A stretch of DNA of 64,000 nucleotides from Gammaproteobacteria bacterium (lineage in GTDB: Bacteria; Pseudomonadota; Gammaproteobacteria; JBCCGL01). This document shows, one piece after another, positions 1 to 9,943 of the stretch. Made by a program: the position numbers and the translations under genes. Where the stretch lies: positions 96,001-160,000 of the forward strand of contig OZ255836.1 of NCBI GenBank assembly GCA_965277715.1, in the 5' to 3' direction. The notes under the pieces are model-generated. The model was given only the letters and a program-made list of their open reading frames with translations, was not told the DNA's origin and searched no databases. Each line of letters opens with the position of its first letter. Position 1 is the first letter of the stretch.

Positions 1-610
1 GCGGCTCAACGATGATCGCGGCAATATCACTGTGCGCCGCCATCAATGACTCAACGGCATCGAGGTCATTGAAAGGAGCGATGATCATCTGCTCGGCAAC
101 GTGTTGCGGAATGCCTGCGCTATCGGGAACGGCCTGCGGGAAATCCATTTCGATACCGGGGGCGAGGCTCATCTGTGCTTCGGCGCTCATGCCGTGATAG
201 CCACCCTCGAATTTGATGATTTTATTACGGCCGGTGAACGCGCGCGCCAGTCTGATCGCGTACATATCGGCCTCGCCACCCGAGGCCACGAACCTTATCT
301 GTTGACAACAGGGTACTGCCTCGCATATGACTTCAGCCAGTTCAATCCCCCTGGTGTTGTTGGCGAAAAAGGTCATTCCTCTGGGGAGTTGTTCAAGCAC
401 GGCTTCGATGACTTCGGGGTGGCCGTGGCCCAGCAACATGGGGCCAGAGCCGATCAGGTAGTCGACATATTCGTTGCCATCCTCGTCCCAGACATGGCTG
501 CCTTCGCCCCGTGCGATGATAATTCCAGGGTCGAAATTGCCGAAGCCGCCTGCTGGTAGCACTTCGCGGGCGCGAGCGATCCATTCATCCTGCGTGCGCA
601 GTTTGTTCAT
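1..610 (-). CDS. Class III PLP aminotransferase (GSA-aminomutase-like), runs off window edge
   Basis: Manual translation from ATG at 610: MNKLRTQDEWIARAREVLPAGGFGNF...GEGSHVWDEDGNEYVDYLIGSGPMLLGHGHP...SGGEADMYAIRLARAFTGRNKIIKFEGGYHG; absent from the ORF track because the stop lies outside the window. Confidence 0.85.
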   Translation of the reverse strand, partial: MNKLRTQDEWIARAREVLPAGGFGNFDPGIIIARGEGSHVWDEDGNEYVDYLIGSGPMLLGHGHPEVIEAVLEQLPRGMTFFANNTRGIELAEVICEAVPCCQQIRFVASGGEADMYAIRLARAFTGRNKIIKFEGGYHGMSAEAQMSLAPGIEMDFPQAVPDSAGIPQHVAEQMIIAPFNDLDAVESLMAAHSDIAAIIVEP

Positions 611-614
611 CGGG

Positions 615-1718
615 TCAGTCCAGTATCAGCTCAGGGCTGCCAAGCAGGTCGAGGTCAGGATTGACTCCGAGACCGGGCGCGGAAGGAGGTGCGATGCGCC
701 CATTCGTGCGCACGGGGGCGCCAGGGTCGAGTCGTGGCGCGACATACGCGGAGAGGTCGCAGACATTCATAAGCTGTTCGGCAGTGGTGGTTGCGCCCAA
801 ATGCAGGGCGGCGGCGGTTGTGATGTCACTGCCCCAGGTGTCTTCGATGCACATCTTCGCGCCGAGGTGAAGGCAGAGATCGCGGGCACGCCGGGCGGCG
901 GACAGGCCGCCAAATTTAGATAATTTCAAAGCGACAGCATCCATAATTCCCAGCCTGTAGCCTTCCAGCAGGGATGCTGTGTCATGAGCGTTTTCGTCGA
1001 GCTTCATAGGCAGGCCGGTTGCGGCCCGCACGGCGGCGCATTCCGCCATGGTCTGGCAGGGCTGTTCAAGCATAACGTCAAGAGGGGCAACTGCTCTGCC
1101 GACTCGGGTGGCTTCGAGCTGCGTTGCGCCGCAATTCCAATCGCCATAGACCAATGGCCCTGGGCCGACTGCTTCGCGCACTTTGCTCAACCGGGCGATA
1201 TCGGCCTGCCAGTCTGCATCCGCGCCCAATTTGACCTGGAATTGTGTGATGCCCTGATATTTTGCCTCACGTGCGATCCGTGCCATTTCGTCCGGGTCGA
1301 TGCAGGTGATCGAGTGATAGATCGGCATATCGGCCTGGCGCTGCCCACCCAACAGGGCGGAGAGTGGCAGCTTTGCTACTTTTGCGGTCAAGTCCCAGAA
1401 CGCAATGTCCAGTGCCGATTTAGCGTAGGCGTGCCCCGGTAGAAAGGCATCGACACGGCTCATCAGCGCTTCCGGGCCAACCGGATCGGCACCGAGAATA
1501 ACCGGGGCCAATTCCTGTAGAGCGGGCGCTACACCGCGGGCAAAGGCGGGCAGGTAGTGCGGGATTGGGCAAACCTCACCCCACCCACAAAATCCGCTGT
1601 CTGTCTCCACACGTAAAATGACGGTTTCGACGGTGTCGCAGGTCTTGCCAGCCGACATGTAATAGGTTTGGTGGCTGGTCAACGGCAGGTGCCAGAGAGA
1701 CAGGTTTGTGATTTTCAT
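615..1718 (-). CDS. Mandelate racemase/muconate lactonizing enzyme (enolase superfamily), hydroxyproline-betaine epimerase/dehydratase-like
   Basis: GWGEVCP, AKSALDIAFWDL, QVKLG, DWN/EQP/DE metal ligands, EDTWG, PGLGV; likely start MKITNL. Confidence 0.85.
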   Translation of the reverse strand: MKITNLSLWHLPLTSHQTYYMSAGKTCDTVETVILRVETDSGFCGWGEVCPIPHYLPAFARGVAPALQELAPVILGADPVGPEALMSRVDAFLPGHAYAKSALDIAFWDLTAKVAKLPLSALLGGQRQADMPIYHSITCIDPDEMARIAREAKYQGITQFQVKLGADADWQADIARLSKVREAVGPGPLVYGDWNCGATQLEATRVGRAVAPLDVMLEQPCQTMAECAAVRAATGLPMKLDENAHDTASLLEGYRLGIMDAVALKLSKFGGLSAARRARDLCLHLGAKMCIEDTWGSDITTAAALHLGATTTAEQLMNVCDLSAYVAPRLDPGAPVRTNGRIAPPSAPGLGVNPDLDLLGSPELILD

Positions 1719-1788
1719 CTGTACCCCGCAACCGGCGGGCACGGCGCCTGGGTGTGTTCGGTATGGGAAACGGTAGTGGTGGGTATCT

Positions 1789-2874
1789 TCATGGGCAGAC
1801 GACGATGTTGCCGGTGTGCAGTTTGGCGATGAAGGCCGCCTGCGCCTCGTGTAGCTGATCCAGCGGGTAGGTGGCTGCGAGGGCAGGTTTAACCGCGCCC
1901 GCTTCGATATAGCGCACGAGGTTGGTAGTGATCCCGGGGGGGATCACGGTTGAGCCGGTGAAGCTTAGGTCACGCAGGTAGAAGGTGCGCAGATCCAGCG
2001 AGACCATTGGGCCGGCAATGGCGCCCGAGCAGGTATAGCGACCACCGCGTTCGAGTATATCGATCAGCCTGGGCCAGTACGGCCCGCCGACAATATCGGC
2101 GACCACAGTCACTTGCGCCTCTCCCAGCGCAGCGCGCAGGTTTTCCGGCGCACGGGGCAGGACGAGGTCGGCGCCAAGCGCGGTTACATCGGCGTGTTTG
2201 GCTTCTGATGCCAGCGCGATCACACGTGCGTGGCGGTGTTTGGCTAGCTGCACGAGTGCGCCGCCCACGCCGCCGGATGCGCCGGGCACCAGCACTGTGT
2301 CCGCTGCTGTTACGTTCGCACGCGTTAACATACCTTCTGCCGTCGAGTAAGCGCAGGAAAAAGTCGCCAGCTCCGCATCCGACAGATCCGACTGGATGGC
2401 AATGGCGTTGTGGGCGGGAATCACTGTGAATTCGGCAAAGCCACCATCGCGTTCCGAGCCGAAATAGCCGGTCTTGTTTTTGTTGAGTGGGTCGTCTGGG
2501 TCGCGCAGCCAGTTGTCGGTAATGACGCGTTCGCCGATACGCACCGGGTCTACGCCTGAACCCACGGCGGCAATTTCACCGCAAACATCTGCGCCCTGGA
2601 TACGGGGGAAGGAAATCGGTGCACTGCCCCAGGTGGGGTCATCCTCACCCACTTCTGCAAATGCATCGCCCGTGGTGGCATCGTTCACTTTTTTTGAGTA
2701 CCAACCGGAGCGCGTATTGACGTCGGTGTTGTTCAGACCGCAGGCACGCACGCGGATAAGTACCTCACCTGCGTCGGGTTCGGGGCGGGGCCAGTCTTCG
2801 TACAGCTTCATTTGTTCAAGGCCACCATGGCCGACTGTGACCATGGCGCGCATTGTTTTTGGTAGGTTGGCCAT
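1789..2874 (-). CDS. MDR-family alcohol dehydrogenase/quinone oxidoreductase
   Basis: ACGLNNTD, PRIQGAD, GASGGVG NAD(P)-binding motif, HTGNIVV. Confidence 0.85.
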   Translation of the reverse strand: MANLPKTMRAMVTVGHGGLEQMKLYEDWPRPEPDAGEVLIRVRACGLNNTDVNTRSGWYSKKVNDATTGDAFAEVGEDDPTWGSAPISFPRIQGADVCGEIAAVGSGVDPVRIGERVITDNWLRDPDDPLNKNKTGYFGSERDGGFAEFTVIPAHNAIAIQSDLSDAELATFSCAYSTAEGMLTRANVTAADTVLVPGASGGVGGALVQLAKHRHARVIALASEAKHADVTALGADLVLPRAPENLRAALGEAQVTVVADIVGGPYWPRLIDILERGGRYTCSGAIAGPMVSLDLRTFYLRDLSFTGSTVIPPGITTNLVRYIEAGAVKPALAATYPLDQLHEAQAAFIAKLHTGNIVVCP

Positions 2875-2885
2875 ATGTTCTCTTT

Positions 2886-5333
2886 TTAAGTGTCTGTGCG
2901 TGGTAGAAGGTTTTTTGGGTCGTAGGCCGCCTCGGCCAGGACACGGGCGGCGCGGGGTTCGCCATGGATTATTACCTGCAAAGCCGTGCCGTGCCTGGCG
3001 GCCTCGGGCTTGATGTAGGCAAAGGCCAGGATTTTGCCGATGGTATGGCCATAGGCCACTGAGGCTGTTGAGCCGACCACCTGTCCTTTGAGGAGCACCG
3101 CTTCGCCGCCATGGCCGTCAATTTTACCGTCCGGCTCGATTTCGAGGTAGGCACAAATCCACGGCAGGTCGGTATTTAACGTTTTATCGCGCCCCAGGTA
3201 TTCCTTGTCGGTGCGGGCAAAGCGCAGCACATCGGCTTCGGCCAGGGTGACTTCGTTGGTCAGTTCACCGGCACCTTTGAAGCCTTTTTCCATCCGCATG
3301 GTATTCATTGCGAAGGAGCCGTAGTCAACGATTCCATGCGCCGCGCCCCCGGCCCAAAGTGCATTGTAGACATCTATACAGGCGGCGAAGGGCATGTGTA
3401 ACTCCCAACCGAGCTCGCCGGCATATGATATTCTGAACGCCCAAATCCGGTGCCCTGCGAGGTTGATTTCCCGTGCCGAGAGCCAACGGAAACCGGCATT
3501 TGACAGGTCGGCAGTTGTGCAGGCGGCCAGTACGTCACGCGCTCTGGGGCCATTCAAAGAAAGCGCGGCCCAGGAAGAGGATAAGGGTGTAATGGTGGCT
3601 TTCCCGGAAGCGCGGTTGTGTGCAAGATGATCCAGTAAGCGCTGTTCAAAAAAGGCGGCACAGACCAGGTAATACCGCTCTGCGGACATGCGCACGATGG
3701 TGGCTTCGAGTTCGATCCGGCCCCGCCGGTTCAGCAGGTGGGTGAGGATGATACCACCGTCTTTTTGTGGCATGCGGTTGGCGACCAGGCGATCCAGCAA
3801 CGTGTGGGCTTCCGGGCCGGACACTTCTACCTTGGTAAAGGCGGTTATGTCCATGATGCCGACGTTGTTACGGACGGTGCGCACCTCTGCACCGACCCTA
3901 TCGAAAACCTCGTTCCGCCTGAACGAATAGTAGTCACGCTGTTCAATGTCGCCCCGGGCAAACCAGCGAGGGCGTTCAAACCCGTAGACTTCTTCGTAAA
4001 CCGCGCCTTTCGCTTTCAGGGTGTCATAAAGCGGGGAGGGTTTGATCGGTCGTCCAGCCGGGCGATTGAAGTGTGGGAAAGGGATTTCATGGCGCAGTTT
4101 GTAGTCCTCGTGTGCCTTGATCACTTGCCAGTCTTTGACGGCGTAGCTGCCGAATCGGCGTGGGTCGTAATCACGCATCGAAATGTCTGCCGCACCGTGC
4201 ACCATCCACCTGGCAAGCTCGCGTGTCAGCCCCGGCCCCCAGCCGATGCCGATTTGTGTGCCACAACAGCACCAGTAATTTTTAACCCCCGGAGCTGGCC
4301 CCAGCATTGGGTTGCCGTCCGGCGGGTGTGAGATTGCGCCATGCACTTCGCGCGCGATACCCAGCTCGGCAAGGACCGGCATGCGCGCCATGGCGTTTTC
4401 CAACCAGGGCATAATGCGGTCGTAATCGGCTGAGAAGAGTTCATTTTCAGCGTCCCAGGGGCAGTGGTCTTCCCAGACGGAGTTGGCGTTCTCTTTTTCA
4501 TAAATGCCAATAAGCCCTTTTTTCTGTTCCATGCGGATATAGCCCGAGACCATTTTATCGTCGCGCACAACGGGCAATTCGACAGGCAAGTTGCTGAACG
4601 CGGGGACATCCTCTGTGACAATGTAGTGATGGGTCATGCTGGTCATCGGTAGCTGCAAGCCCGACCACTCTCCCATTTGCCGGGCATACGTCCCGCCGGC
4701 ATTAACCACGTGTTCGCAAATGACGGTACCTTTTTCGGTCTCGACAACCCATTCACCGGCATTGTTCTGAGTGATATTGGTGGCACGGCAGGAACGGAAT
4801 ATCTGAACACCTTTTTGACGGGCGCCAATCGCCATGGCCATCGTGACATTTGATGGGTCAACGTGACCGTCGTCGGGGGTATAGAGCGCACCGAGCACGC
4901 CATCGAGGCTATAGAAAGGGTGTTTTTTAGCGATGAATTCAGGATCTACCAACGCTATGTTGAACCCCAGAGCCCTACCCACGGAAAGGGTGTGACGCAG
5001 CCAGTCGATCTCGTCTTCGGTGTAGGCCAGGCGGAAGGATCCGCAACCGTGCCATGTGACGGCCTGTCCTGTCTCCTGCGCCAAATGCTTTGAATACAGG
5101 CCAATATTGTAATCGACCATTTTGCCGAGGCTGTAGGCGCTGGTCGAATGGGTAATCTGCCCCGCAGCGTGCCAGGTGCTACCCGAGGTTAGCTCGGCCT
5201 TTTCCAGGAGTATTGTTTCTGACCCCCAGCCCTCATGGCCCAGATGATAGGCCAGCCCAACGCCCATTATACCGCCACCGACGATGACGACACGTGCGTG
5301 AGAGGGGAGGCTTTTTTCGGACATTTTTACCAT
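2886..5333 (-). CDS. Dimethylglycine/sarcosine dehydrogenase-like FAD oxidoreductase with GcvT domain
   Basis: GGGIMG FAD motif, LTSGSTWHAAG, SYAGELGWELH, RMEKG; 815 aa. Confidence 0.9.
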   Translation of the reverse strand: MVKMSEKSLPSHARVVIVGGGIMGVGLAYHLGHEGWGSETILLEKAELTSGSTWHAAGQITHSTSAYSLGKMVDYNIGLYSKHLAQETGQAVTWHGCGSFRLAYTEDEIDWLRHTLSVGRALGFNIALVDPEFIAKKHPFYSLDGVLGALYTPDDGHVDPSNVTMAMAIGARQKGVQIFRSCRATNITQNNAGEWVVETEKGTVICEHVVNAGGTYARQMGEWSGLQLPMTSMTHHYIVTEDVPAFSNLPVELPVVRDDKMVSGYIRMEQKKGLIGIYEKENANSVWEDHCPWDAENELFSADYDRIMPWLENAMARMPVLAELGIAREVHGAISHPPDGNPMLGPAPGVKNYWCCCGTQIGIGWGPGLTRELARWMVHGAADISMRDYDPRRFGSYAVKDWQVIKAHEDYKLRHEIPFPHFNRPAGRPIKPSPLYDTLKAKGAVYEEVYGFERPRWFARGDIEQRDYYSFRRNEVFDRVGAEVRTVRNNVGIMDITAFTKVEVSGPEAHTLLDRLVANRMPQKDGGIILTHLLNRRGRIELEATIVRMSAERYYLVCAAFFEQRLLDHLAHNRASGKATITPLSSSWAALSLNGPRARDVLAACTTADLSNAGFRWLSAREINLAGHRIWAFRISYAGELGWELHMPFAACIDVYNALWAGGAAHGIVDYGSFAMNTMRMEKGFKGAGELTNEVTLAEADVLRFARTDKEYLGRDKTLNTDLPWICAYLEIEPDGKIDGHGGEAVLLKGQVVGSTASVAYGHTIGKILAFAYIKPEAARHGTALQVIIHGEPRAARVLAEAAYDPKNLLPRTDT

Positions 5334-5389
5334 CGGCGCACCGTGAAATTGCTCGACAGCTTAGCAATGTAAATGTACCATCGTCAACC

Positions 5390-6271
5390 ATGAATGATAC
5401 AAATGTATCAAGCGCCGTTATCGGCCGCCTTACTGACGAATGGGACGAGCTGACCCCGGAGACCCAGAAGGCCGCACGCTATATTCTGGAAAATCCTGCC
5501 GAGGTGGGCGTGTCGACCGTGCGTGAAATCGCCAGAGCTGCGCGGGTTAACCCGAACACCGTGGTGCGCATGGCCCGGCAGGTTGGTTATGATGGCTATG
5601 AGGAATTTCGCGCACCTTTCCGCGAAGCCATTCGCCGGGGCACTGCGAGTTTCCCTGATCGTGCGCGCTGGTTACAGGGTATCGCGAAGTCGGACGATCT
5701 GGGTGGGCTTTTTGCCGATATGGTGGGATCGACATTACAAAATATCGAGGCAACCTTCGCGAATATCAGCGCGATCGACCTGAAAGCCGCCGCCGAGGTT
5801 ATCTGGGCCAGCCGCAATGTCTATACACTTGGGGTCGGCGTGAACAACGCCAACGCTCGCAATTTTACCTATCTGGCCTCGACCGGTATGAAAGAATTTC
5901 ACGCCATCCCGCGCCCGGGGTCGACGCCGGTGGATGATCTGGCCTGGGCCGACGACCGGGACGTGCTGATTGCCATGACCTGTCGGCCTTTCAGGGTTGA
6001 AGTGGTCGAGGCGGTGCGTATCGCGCGCGAACAGGGACTCACGGTGATCGCGATTTCAGATAGCCCGGCCAGCCCGGTCATTCTCTCGGCACAACACGGT
6101 TTTGTCGTGTCAGCCGACACGCCACAATTCTTCCCCTCATCGGTTTCGACTATCGCGCTTTTGGAAACGCTCCTGAGCTTTGTTATCTCCGTTGCCTCCG
6201 ACGAAATTGTTGAGCGGGTCGAGACCTTCCATCGACGCCGACACCAATTGGGAATTTACTGCGATGAATGA
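5390..6271 (+). CDS. RpiR/MurR family transcriptional regulator
   Basis: HTH (STVREIARAARVNPNTVVRMARQVGYDGY) plus SIS domain (AISDSPASP). Confidence 0.9.
   Translation: MNDTNVSSAVIGRLTDEWDELTPETQKAARYILENPAEVGVSTVREIARAARVNPNTVVRMARQVGYDGYEEFRAPFREAIRRGTASFPDRARWLQGIAKSDDLGGLFADMVGSTLQNIEATFANISAIDLKAAAEVIWASRNVYTLGVGVNNANARNFTYLASTGMKEFHAIPRPGSTPVDDLAWADDRDVLIAMTCRPFRVEVVEAVRIAREQGLTVIAISDSPASPVILSAQHGFVVSADTPQFFPSSVSTIALLETLLSFVISVASDEIVERVETFHRRRHQLGIYCDE
5395..5410. promoter_or_regulatory. Palindrome TGATAC-AAAT-GTATCA, candidate RpiR operator
   Basis: Perfect 6-bp inverted repeat next to the short divergent intergenic region. Confidence 0.4.
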
Positions 6272-7361
6272 TATGCCCGAACCCGTGCGCTCTCTGGAGG
6301 CGCGGTACTACACCGATCCGGCCATTTATGAAGCGGAAAAAACGGGGCTGCTGGCGCGCACATGGCAATTCGCCGGTCATGCGTCACGGCTCGAAAACAG
6401 TGGTGATTATTTTAGCGTCGAGCTGGCCAGTGAGAGCCTGTTCTGTGTTAAAGGACAGGATGGGGTGATCCGCACATTCTATAACGTCTGCCAGCACCGT
6501 GCGCACCAGATTGTGTCGGGTGAAGGCACTGCCCGTGTCATCGTTTGCCCCTACCACGCCTGGACTTACGCGTTGACCGGCGAATTGTGGGCAGGCCCCA
6601 ATATCAATTCCGTTGAAGGGTTTGACCGGTCGAAAATTTGCCTGACCGAAGTCCGTACCGAAGTATTTCTGGGCTTCGTTTTCGTGAACCTCGATTCTGA
6701 GGCGAAACCGATGGATGACTGGTTTCCCGGTGTGCGGGCGGAACTCGAGGAATTTGTACCGAACTGGTCGGCACTCAAGCCGCTTGAATGGGTGGCGGTT
6801 TCTGAACGCTGCAACTGGAAGGTTTCGGTGGAGAATTATTCCGAGTGCTACCATTGCAAAATCAATCATCCAACCTTTGCTACCGGGGTTATCAAACCAG
6901 AAACCTATGACATCCAGCCCCAGGGTTACTGCCTGCGGCACACCACTGAATGCAACAGCCTGAAACAGATGACGTATGACATCAATTCGGTCTTTGCCAA
7001 TAGTGACAAGTATTCCAGTTGGTTTCTATGGCCTATGTTTTCGTTTCAGGTCTACCCCGGTAACCTGCTCAATACCTATCACTGGCGGGTGGTGGATACC
7101 GATAATGTGGTGGTCTGGCGTGGCTGGTATTCGGTCGGCGGCGAGGAGAACGAGATCGTGCGGCAGATGGCCAGGCAGGACAGGGCAACCACGGTGGAAG
7201 AGGATATTGGCCTGGTTGAAAGCGTTCAGCGCGGGCTGAAGTCCCGGGGCTATGTGCCGGGGCCACTGGTCGTTGACCCTGCTGGTGGTGTCAACTCGGA
7301 GCACTCGATCCTGCATCTGCAACGCTGGATGCGAGAGGCAGTGGATGGAGGGCAGAGCTGA
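6264..7361 (+). CDS. Rieske non-heme iron oxygenase alpha subunit (betaine demethylase/choline monooxygenase-like)
   Basis: CQHRAH...CPYHAW Rieske motif; NWK..ENYSECYHC...H; EEDIGLVESVQRG. Confidence 0.9.
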   Translation: MNDMPEPVRSLEARYYTDPAIYEAEKTGLLARTWQFAGHASRLENSGDYFSVELASESLFCVKGQDGVIRTFYNVCQHRAHQIVSGEGTARVIVCPYHAWTYALTGELWAGPNINSVEGFDRSKICLTEVRTEVFLGFVFVNLDSEAKPMDDWFPGVRAELEEFVPNWSALKPLEWVAVSERCNWKVSVENYSECYHCKINHPTFATGVIKPETYDIQPQGYCLRHTTECNSLKQMTYDINSVFANSDKYSSWFLWPMFSFQVYPGNLLNTYHWRVVDTDNVVVWRGWYSVGGEENEIVRQMARQDRATTVEEDIGLVESVQRGLKSRGYVPGPLVVDPAGGVNSEHSILHLQRWMREAVDGGQS

Positions 7362-8182
7362 TGATGCCCGCCGAATGGCAGCCCGAACACAAGCTTTTTC
7401 CACACCAGGTTGGCTTTACCTGTCCACCATTCGATTTTGACGCGGCGCCGTCGGACTTTCTGCGTATGGCGCCGGAAACCGTCGGCGTGCATGGCTGGAT
7501 GCTGCATGTCCCCGATTACGTGCACGGTTTGGATCAACGAAAGCAGCACTTCACAATGCTCGACGACTTCGTGCATGTCTGCGCCCGTAACGGGATCGAT
7601 GTGGCGGCGCAGGTTGGGTCCAACTGGGTTCACGCCAGCGGGCTAGGGGTCAATGGTATTCGTCAGTACTGTGAGGACCTGTCCGACAAATATGGCCTGC
7701 CGTTCCATATGGCCGGATACGCAATGGTCGAAGCCCTTCGATCAATGAATGTGGAAAAGGTGGCCCTGAATGCAGCCTATCACTGGCCTAACTGGTGGCA
7801 GGGCACGGTCGGTTTTCTTAAAGAGGCCGGTTTTGATGTGCTTTGGGCGGGAAATTTCCACGACCAAGGCTGGTTTACGTCTCAGGATGAAGTAAACAGT
7901 CACCGCTGGGTATTCGAAGGTGATCTGGCCTTGAAGAGTTTCGACTACGTGGCCGAACAGGCTCCACAGGCCGACGCCTATCTGATCAATGGCATGTGTA
8001 ATTTTCGCAGCGGCCCCGGTGGGCAGCCGCAGCGACCCGTTCACCTGACCCAAAAGCTGGAGCAACGCCTTGGCAAGCCCGTAGTTGGTCACGATACAGC
8101 GCTTTACTGGCGGGTATTCAAATCACTGGGCCTGGCGCCTGTCGCAGTTCATGGACAGCTACTGGAGAGCCTATATGCATAA
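7361..8182 (+). CDS. Asp/Glu racemase / maleate isomerase / arylmalonate decarboxylase family protein
   Basis: AMVEALRSMNVEKVAL, ADAYLINGMCN, LEQRLGKPVV..DTALYW. Confidence 0.7.
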   Translation: MMPAEWQPEHKLFPHQVGFTCPPFDFDAAPSDFLRMAPETVGVHGWMLHVPDYVHGLDQRKQHFTMLDDFVHVCARNGIDVAAQVGSNWVHASGLGVNGIRQYCEDLSDKYGLPFHMAGYAMVEALRSMNVEKVALNAAYHWPNWWQGTVGFLKEAGFDVLWAGNFHDQGWFTSQDEVNSHRWVFEGDLALKSFDYVAEQAPQADAYLINGMCNFRSGPGGQPQRPVHLTQKLEQRLGKPVVGHDTALYWRVFKSLGLAPVAVHGQLLESLYA

Positions 8183-8915
8183 AATTGTCGCCCTTTGGGC
8201 TGTGCCGCGTTCTACCTCGACCGCATTTGAATGGATGGTGCGCCAACGCGGTGATCTCGATTGCCTGCACGAGCCTTTCGGCGAGGCCTGGTATCAGGGC
8301 CAGGATCCACTCTGGCATCGCTATGCGCCTGGTTGCAAGACAACGCCGGGGTTGACGCTGGAAAGTGTCTGGCGGGGCATACAGGTGCGCGCCACCAAAG
8401 CCCCTGTCTTCTTGAAGGATTTCCCGCACTATATCAGCCATATGTGGGATGAGGATTTCTTATCGCATTTTACCCATGCGTTCCTGATTCGCGACCCGGC
8501 TAAAACGATTACTTCGATGCATCATAAATGGCCCGATTTCCACGAGGGCGAGGTCGGGTTTCCCGAGCAACGAGCACTTTTTGATCTGCTATGGGCACTG
8601 CACGGCAGGCCGCCTCCGGTTATTGATAGCGACGATTTGCTTGAAAAACCTGCCGAGATGACCGCTGCATTTTGCAAAGCGGTAAGTATCCCCTTTATTA
8701 AAGAGGCGCTGTCATGGGAGCCGGGTGGCGACCCCTCTGCGCATAGCTGGTGGGATGGCGGTTCCTTCCATAAAAACCTGGCTAACTCGACCGGTCTTAG
8801 CCCGCAGACTCGTAGGTATAGTGCATTGGGGGAATTGCCGGATTGGGCTCGGCAAATCTATAGGCGGGTTAAACCACACTACGACCGGCTCTATGCCCAC
8901 AGGATTAAGATCTGA
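8175..8915 (+). CDS. Sulfotransferase-like P-loop protein
   Basis: WAVPRSTSTAF, HEPF, FLIRDP, VIDSDDL. Confidence 0.75.
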   Translation: MHKIVALWAVPRSTSTAFEWMVRQRGDLDCLHEPFGEAWYQGQDPLWHRYAPGCKTTPGLTLESVWRGIQVRATKAPVFLKDFPHYISHMWDEDFLSHFTHAFLIRDPAKTITSMHHKWPDFHEGEVGFPEQRALFDLLWALHGRPPPVIDSDDLLEKPAEMTAAFCKAVSIPFIKEALSWEPGGDPSAHSWWDGGSFHKNLANSTGLSPQTRRYSALGELPDWARQIYRRVKPHYDRLYAHRIKI

Positions 8916-8930
8916 AGCGGGGCATATGGG

Positions 8931-9149
8931 CTAAGGAAAAATGCATTTGATCAGAAACAAAGTAAAGCGTCTAAAAACACAGACATTCACGCTCTGATGT
9001 GCCAACACTTTATCGGACACATGGCCGCAACTGATAAACTTGCCCGTTAGCGGATGTTTATACTGATAATAAAATATATCGTTAACTTTTCTGCGGTACA
9101 GGTTTGCCGGTAAATCGGTGGTACCGCGTTTTCTAGGTCGCGGTGCCAT
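8931..9149 (-). pseudogene. Lambda-type integrase N-terminal arm-binding fragment
   Basis: MAPRPRKRGTTDLPANLY...YYQYKHPLTGKFISCG resembles the lambda Int N-terminus; catalytic domain missing. Confidence 0.75.
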
Positions 9150-9265
9150 GTGTCATCAACTTACTGGCCAAGCCGTTTACCGGAACGATTTTTTCCGGGT
9201 CTACGTAATACCGACCGCCCATAATCTGGTCGTATACCACCCCATTTTGCCTAATTTGAATCGAA
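9133..9265 (-). pseudogene. Excisionase-like remnant overlapping integrase start
   Basis: Frame ...IMGGRYYVDPEKIVPVNGLASKLMTHGTAT* overlaps the int ATG, as in xis-int pairs. Confidence 0.45.
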
Positions 9266-9307
9266 CAATTTGTCGATTGACAATAATACCCACCACGCTA
9301 TTCTGTG

Positions 9308-9500
9308 TTGGCATCGGCAAAATCCGGTGTCAAGATTGAGACCCTGGCTCGAAGCGATTAAAAGGCGGATAGATGCCTTTTAGTCGAGTTTATTGTTATG
9401 GCAGGTCAACGGGGCCGCCTTCAGGTGGGCCGTTCTTTGGGCCGGTAGTCTCAACCCTGTTGGCTTGCCACCAATTGGAAATTGAGGCCTCTTTGGTGGT
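9308..9500 (+). ncRNA. P4 CI / c4-like antisense immunity RNA region (ash leader)
   Basis: GGCATCGGCAAAATCCGGTGTC hairpin; complementary GATTGAGACC / GTCTCAACC / ATTGAGGCC elements; GGGGCCGCCTTCAGGTGGGCCG hairpin. Confidence 0.55.
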
Positions 9501-9525
9501 TAAACATACCGAAGAGGAAACCACC

Positions 9526-9825
9526 ATGCCCAATACCCTCCCGCCCACTAAGCGAGAAATACAACGGTCTATTTTAGCGGTAATAGAAGACAACCCTATC
9601 GACACCTTGCCCTTTATAGCCAGCTCACTACACTTTATTGGTAAGTCACTGGATACCAATCCACAATTAAGTGATTTTGATGGCGCAGAGGCGGGGGGTG
9701 GCTATATTGTCACACTGCTTGCCAATGCCATACAAGATGTGGAAAAGGCGTTGAATAAAAAATACCGTTTCCCTGAAGAAAATCTTGATGGCATTGGGCA
9801 AAATTCTGCGCCCTTAGCGTCATAA
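9526..9825 (+). CDS. Hypothetical phage/satellite protein
   Basis: GAGGA RBS, ATG at 9526, downstream of the ash-like leader. Confidence 0.55.
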   Translation: MPNTLPPTKREIQRSILAVIEDNPIDTLPFIASSLHFIGKSLDTNPQLSDFDGAEAGGGYIVTLLANAIQDVEKALNKKYRFPEENLDGIGQNSAPLAS

Positions 9826-9943
9826 ATAGGAAATATAGAAGAGGCAAGTGCTAATTGATGGTCGTTAGTACGTTAATACACGCATAGGACACGGTAATAC
9901 GAAGCGTTTTCCCATCATTACATTACGCGGGTATAATGCCCTT

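Noticed and set aside
101-559. Plus-strand ORFs over the first 5 kb (101-559, 474-923, 984-1442 and others)
   Set aside because: Antisense shadows of clearly recognisable minus-strand genes in GC-rich DNA
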